Shown here: piece by piece, positions 62,581-64,000 of the stretch
Position numbering within the stretch: position 1 is the first letter of the stretch
Layout: the number at the start of each line of letters is the position of its first letter
DNA from: Callorhinchus milii
Taxonomy: Eukaryota
NCBI RefSeq assembly: GCF_018977255.1
Contig: NW_024704742.1
Location: 41,852,001 to 41,916,000 of the forward strand
Length of the DNA stretch: 64,000 bases
Reading direction: 5' to 3'
Position numbers and translations under genes: made by a program
Notes under the pieces: model-generated
Seen by the model: the letters and a program-made list of their open reading frames with translations, nothing else
What the model was told of the DNA's origin: nothing
The model's database searches: none

Positions 62581-62926
62581 CTGTGCAGTGTGATCCTCTG
62601 TTGAGATTCAAACATTCTCAGATATAACAACAAAGGACATTTTCAGGAAAAGGTAATTTGGATTGACAAGCCTTCCTCCTTATTTTGTTTGTGCACACCT
62701 GGTAATACAAAATTACACTGAAACCCTCTATACCTTCAAATGTGACACTCCTGACCTTTGGATATGAGAACATATCATTCTTTACTTGTTGTCATATTGA
62801 CTGACCTTTGCTGGCATGTGCTATAATGGGATTTCTCAAAAATACCCATTCATTGCCAAAGTTTGTAAACCTACCAACAAGGGGAGAATAATCCTTTTCA
62901 TGGTACGTTCTTTCACAACTCATCTT

Positions 62927-63218
62927 ATAATAATAATAATCCTTGCCTTTGATGTTAGCATCTTTCACATCAAGAGGACATCTCAAAGTGCTTCACAACA
63001 TTTACTGTTTAAGTGAATGCTGCAGACAACTTATGCATTGCAATGTCCCAAAGGCAGCCATGAAGTGACTACCCAATTTTACTTGGAGGGTTGTTGGCCA
63101 GAAATTCCCTCAAATATACTTACGTATATAATAACACTGAACCTCACTAGCTCATTCAAAGCGCTGAGATGCCGTCCGGTGTGGAGGGCGCTATATAAAT
63201 CCAAGTTGTTGTTGTTGT
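62927..63218. mobile_element. SINE 3' half (62927-63105, -) and L2 tail (63155-63218, +)
   Basis: (TAA)n TCCTTGCCTTTGATG...CTCAAAGTGCTTCACA; AGCGCTGAGATGCCGTCCGGTGTGGAGGGCGCTATATAAATCCAAG(TTG)n. Confidence 0.8.
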
Positions 63219-64000
63219 CATTCATCAAATGGTCTGCTAATATCTCCAGTTAATCAATGAATGGGCTTTTCAGGAGGATATTATCAGATTGAACTTAATT
63301 TCTCAATCAATTAATTATTTTCAAATGAACACAGAAATCTATCCTAAAATTATACATATCTATTCTTTAAAATCTTGTCTTCATGAGAGTCTAACCTTTT
63401 CCAAGGCCTCTTGAGCTTTCAGTCCATTGTCAAGATTTATTGATTTTAATGTTATGAGAACAAATGGTTACAGCACCAAATTACATTAAACACTTTGCTG
63501 GATTAAATTGCGTGTGTGGAAAACAAAACTATTTAACAACAATGTAAAATACAACCCTGTAATACCCTATCAAACTGCTAGTGTCTGGACAGATAATTGC
63601 CCACAATCAAGACACACACAGTTATTAATAGAAGTCACCACACACTATTATAGTAGTAAGCATTAGACAAGTCTAAAATATAAAGTTACTACCTTTGCTA
63701 TCATAATGGAGGGGAAACGCAGTCACGGCTTTGTAATTAAACAAGCGCCCCACGATAATGCTCCTCTAATTTAACATTAACTTTCCAAAGGTATCTGAAT
63801 TCATCTGATCCAGACCAGTTCACACCAGAGTCCGCCTCACTCAGGCCAGAAACCAGGAGGAAAAAGTTGCAACCACAAAAAGAGCCTCGGAAGAATGAGG
63901 CCAGTCTGTAATCAAAATGGAACCAGGCATAACAGAATCTGTCTCCTGTTGAAACAAGTTAGGGGTCTACTCTGGAGGATCTGTATGAAAAGATCCCTGA

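Noticed and set aside
1..64000. CRISPR array, V(D)J recombination signal sequences or prokaryotic operon
   Set aside because: No regularly spaced repeats. The CACAGTG heptamers I checked (e.g. 9268, 19261, 52762) lack a nonamer at 12 or 23 bp. The sequence is clearly vertebrate and repeat-rich.

Overview
Vertebrate genomic DNA that is AT-rich, CpG-depleted and dense in repeats. It is most consistent with a cartilaginous fish, probably a chimaera such as Callorhinchus; this is inferred from the repeat families and was not checked against any database. I find no recognisable host protein-coding gene, rRNA, bona fide tRNA or CRISPR array. Every ORF in the supplied track that resembles a real protein is a LINE remnant, and the rest look like chance frames. 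The window is dominated by four retroposon groups: (1) L2-clade LINE fragments with two distinct 3' stem-loop/(TTG)n tail types; (2) CR1-clade LINE fragments, including a ~5.4 kb interrupted copy with APE and RT remnants; (3) an older Deu-domain SINE of the SacSINE1/AmnSINE1 type; and (4) a younger tRNA-Ala-headed SINE (SINE2-1_CM-like) sharing the same 3' body and (TTA)n tail. There is also a TA-flanked pogo/Tigger-like MITE and a duplicated Penelope-like fragment. The most informative structures are a three-level CR1>SINE>L2 nest with readable target-site duplications, two L2 junctions at the same SINE nucleotide, long and short forms of the young SINE, a CR1 with inverted 5' part, and a CpG-rich unknown module fused to a CR1 tail. 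The unique sequence between repeats contains several enhancer-like islands (two perfect PBX-MEIS/PREP decamers) and a few weak plus-strand exon-like segments, so the window may be intronic or a regulatory gene desert. I did not find convincing evidence for a new biological system beyond these candidates. Repeat boundaries are approximate unless a junction is quoted.
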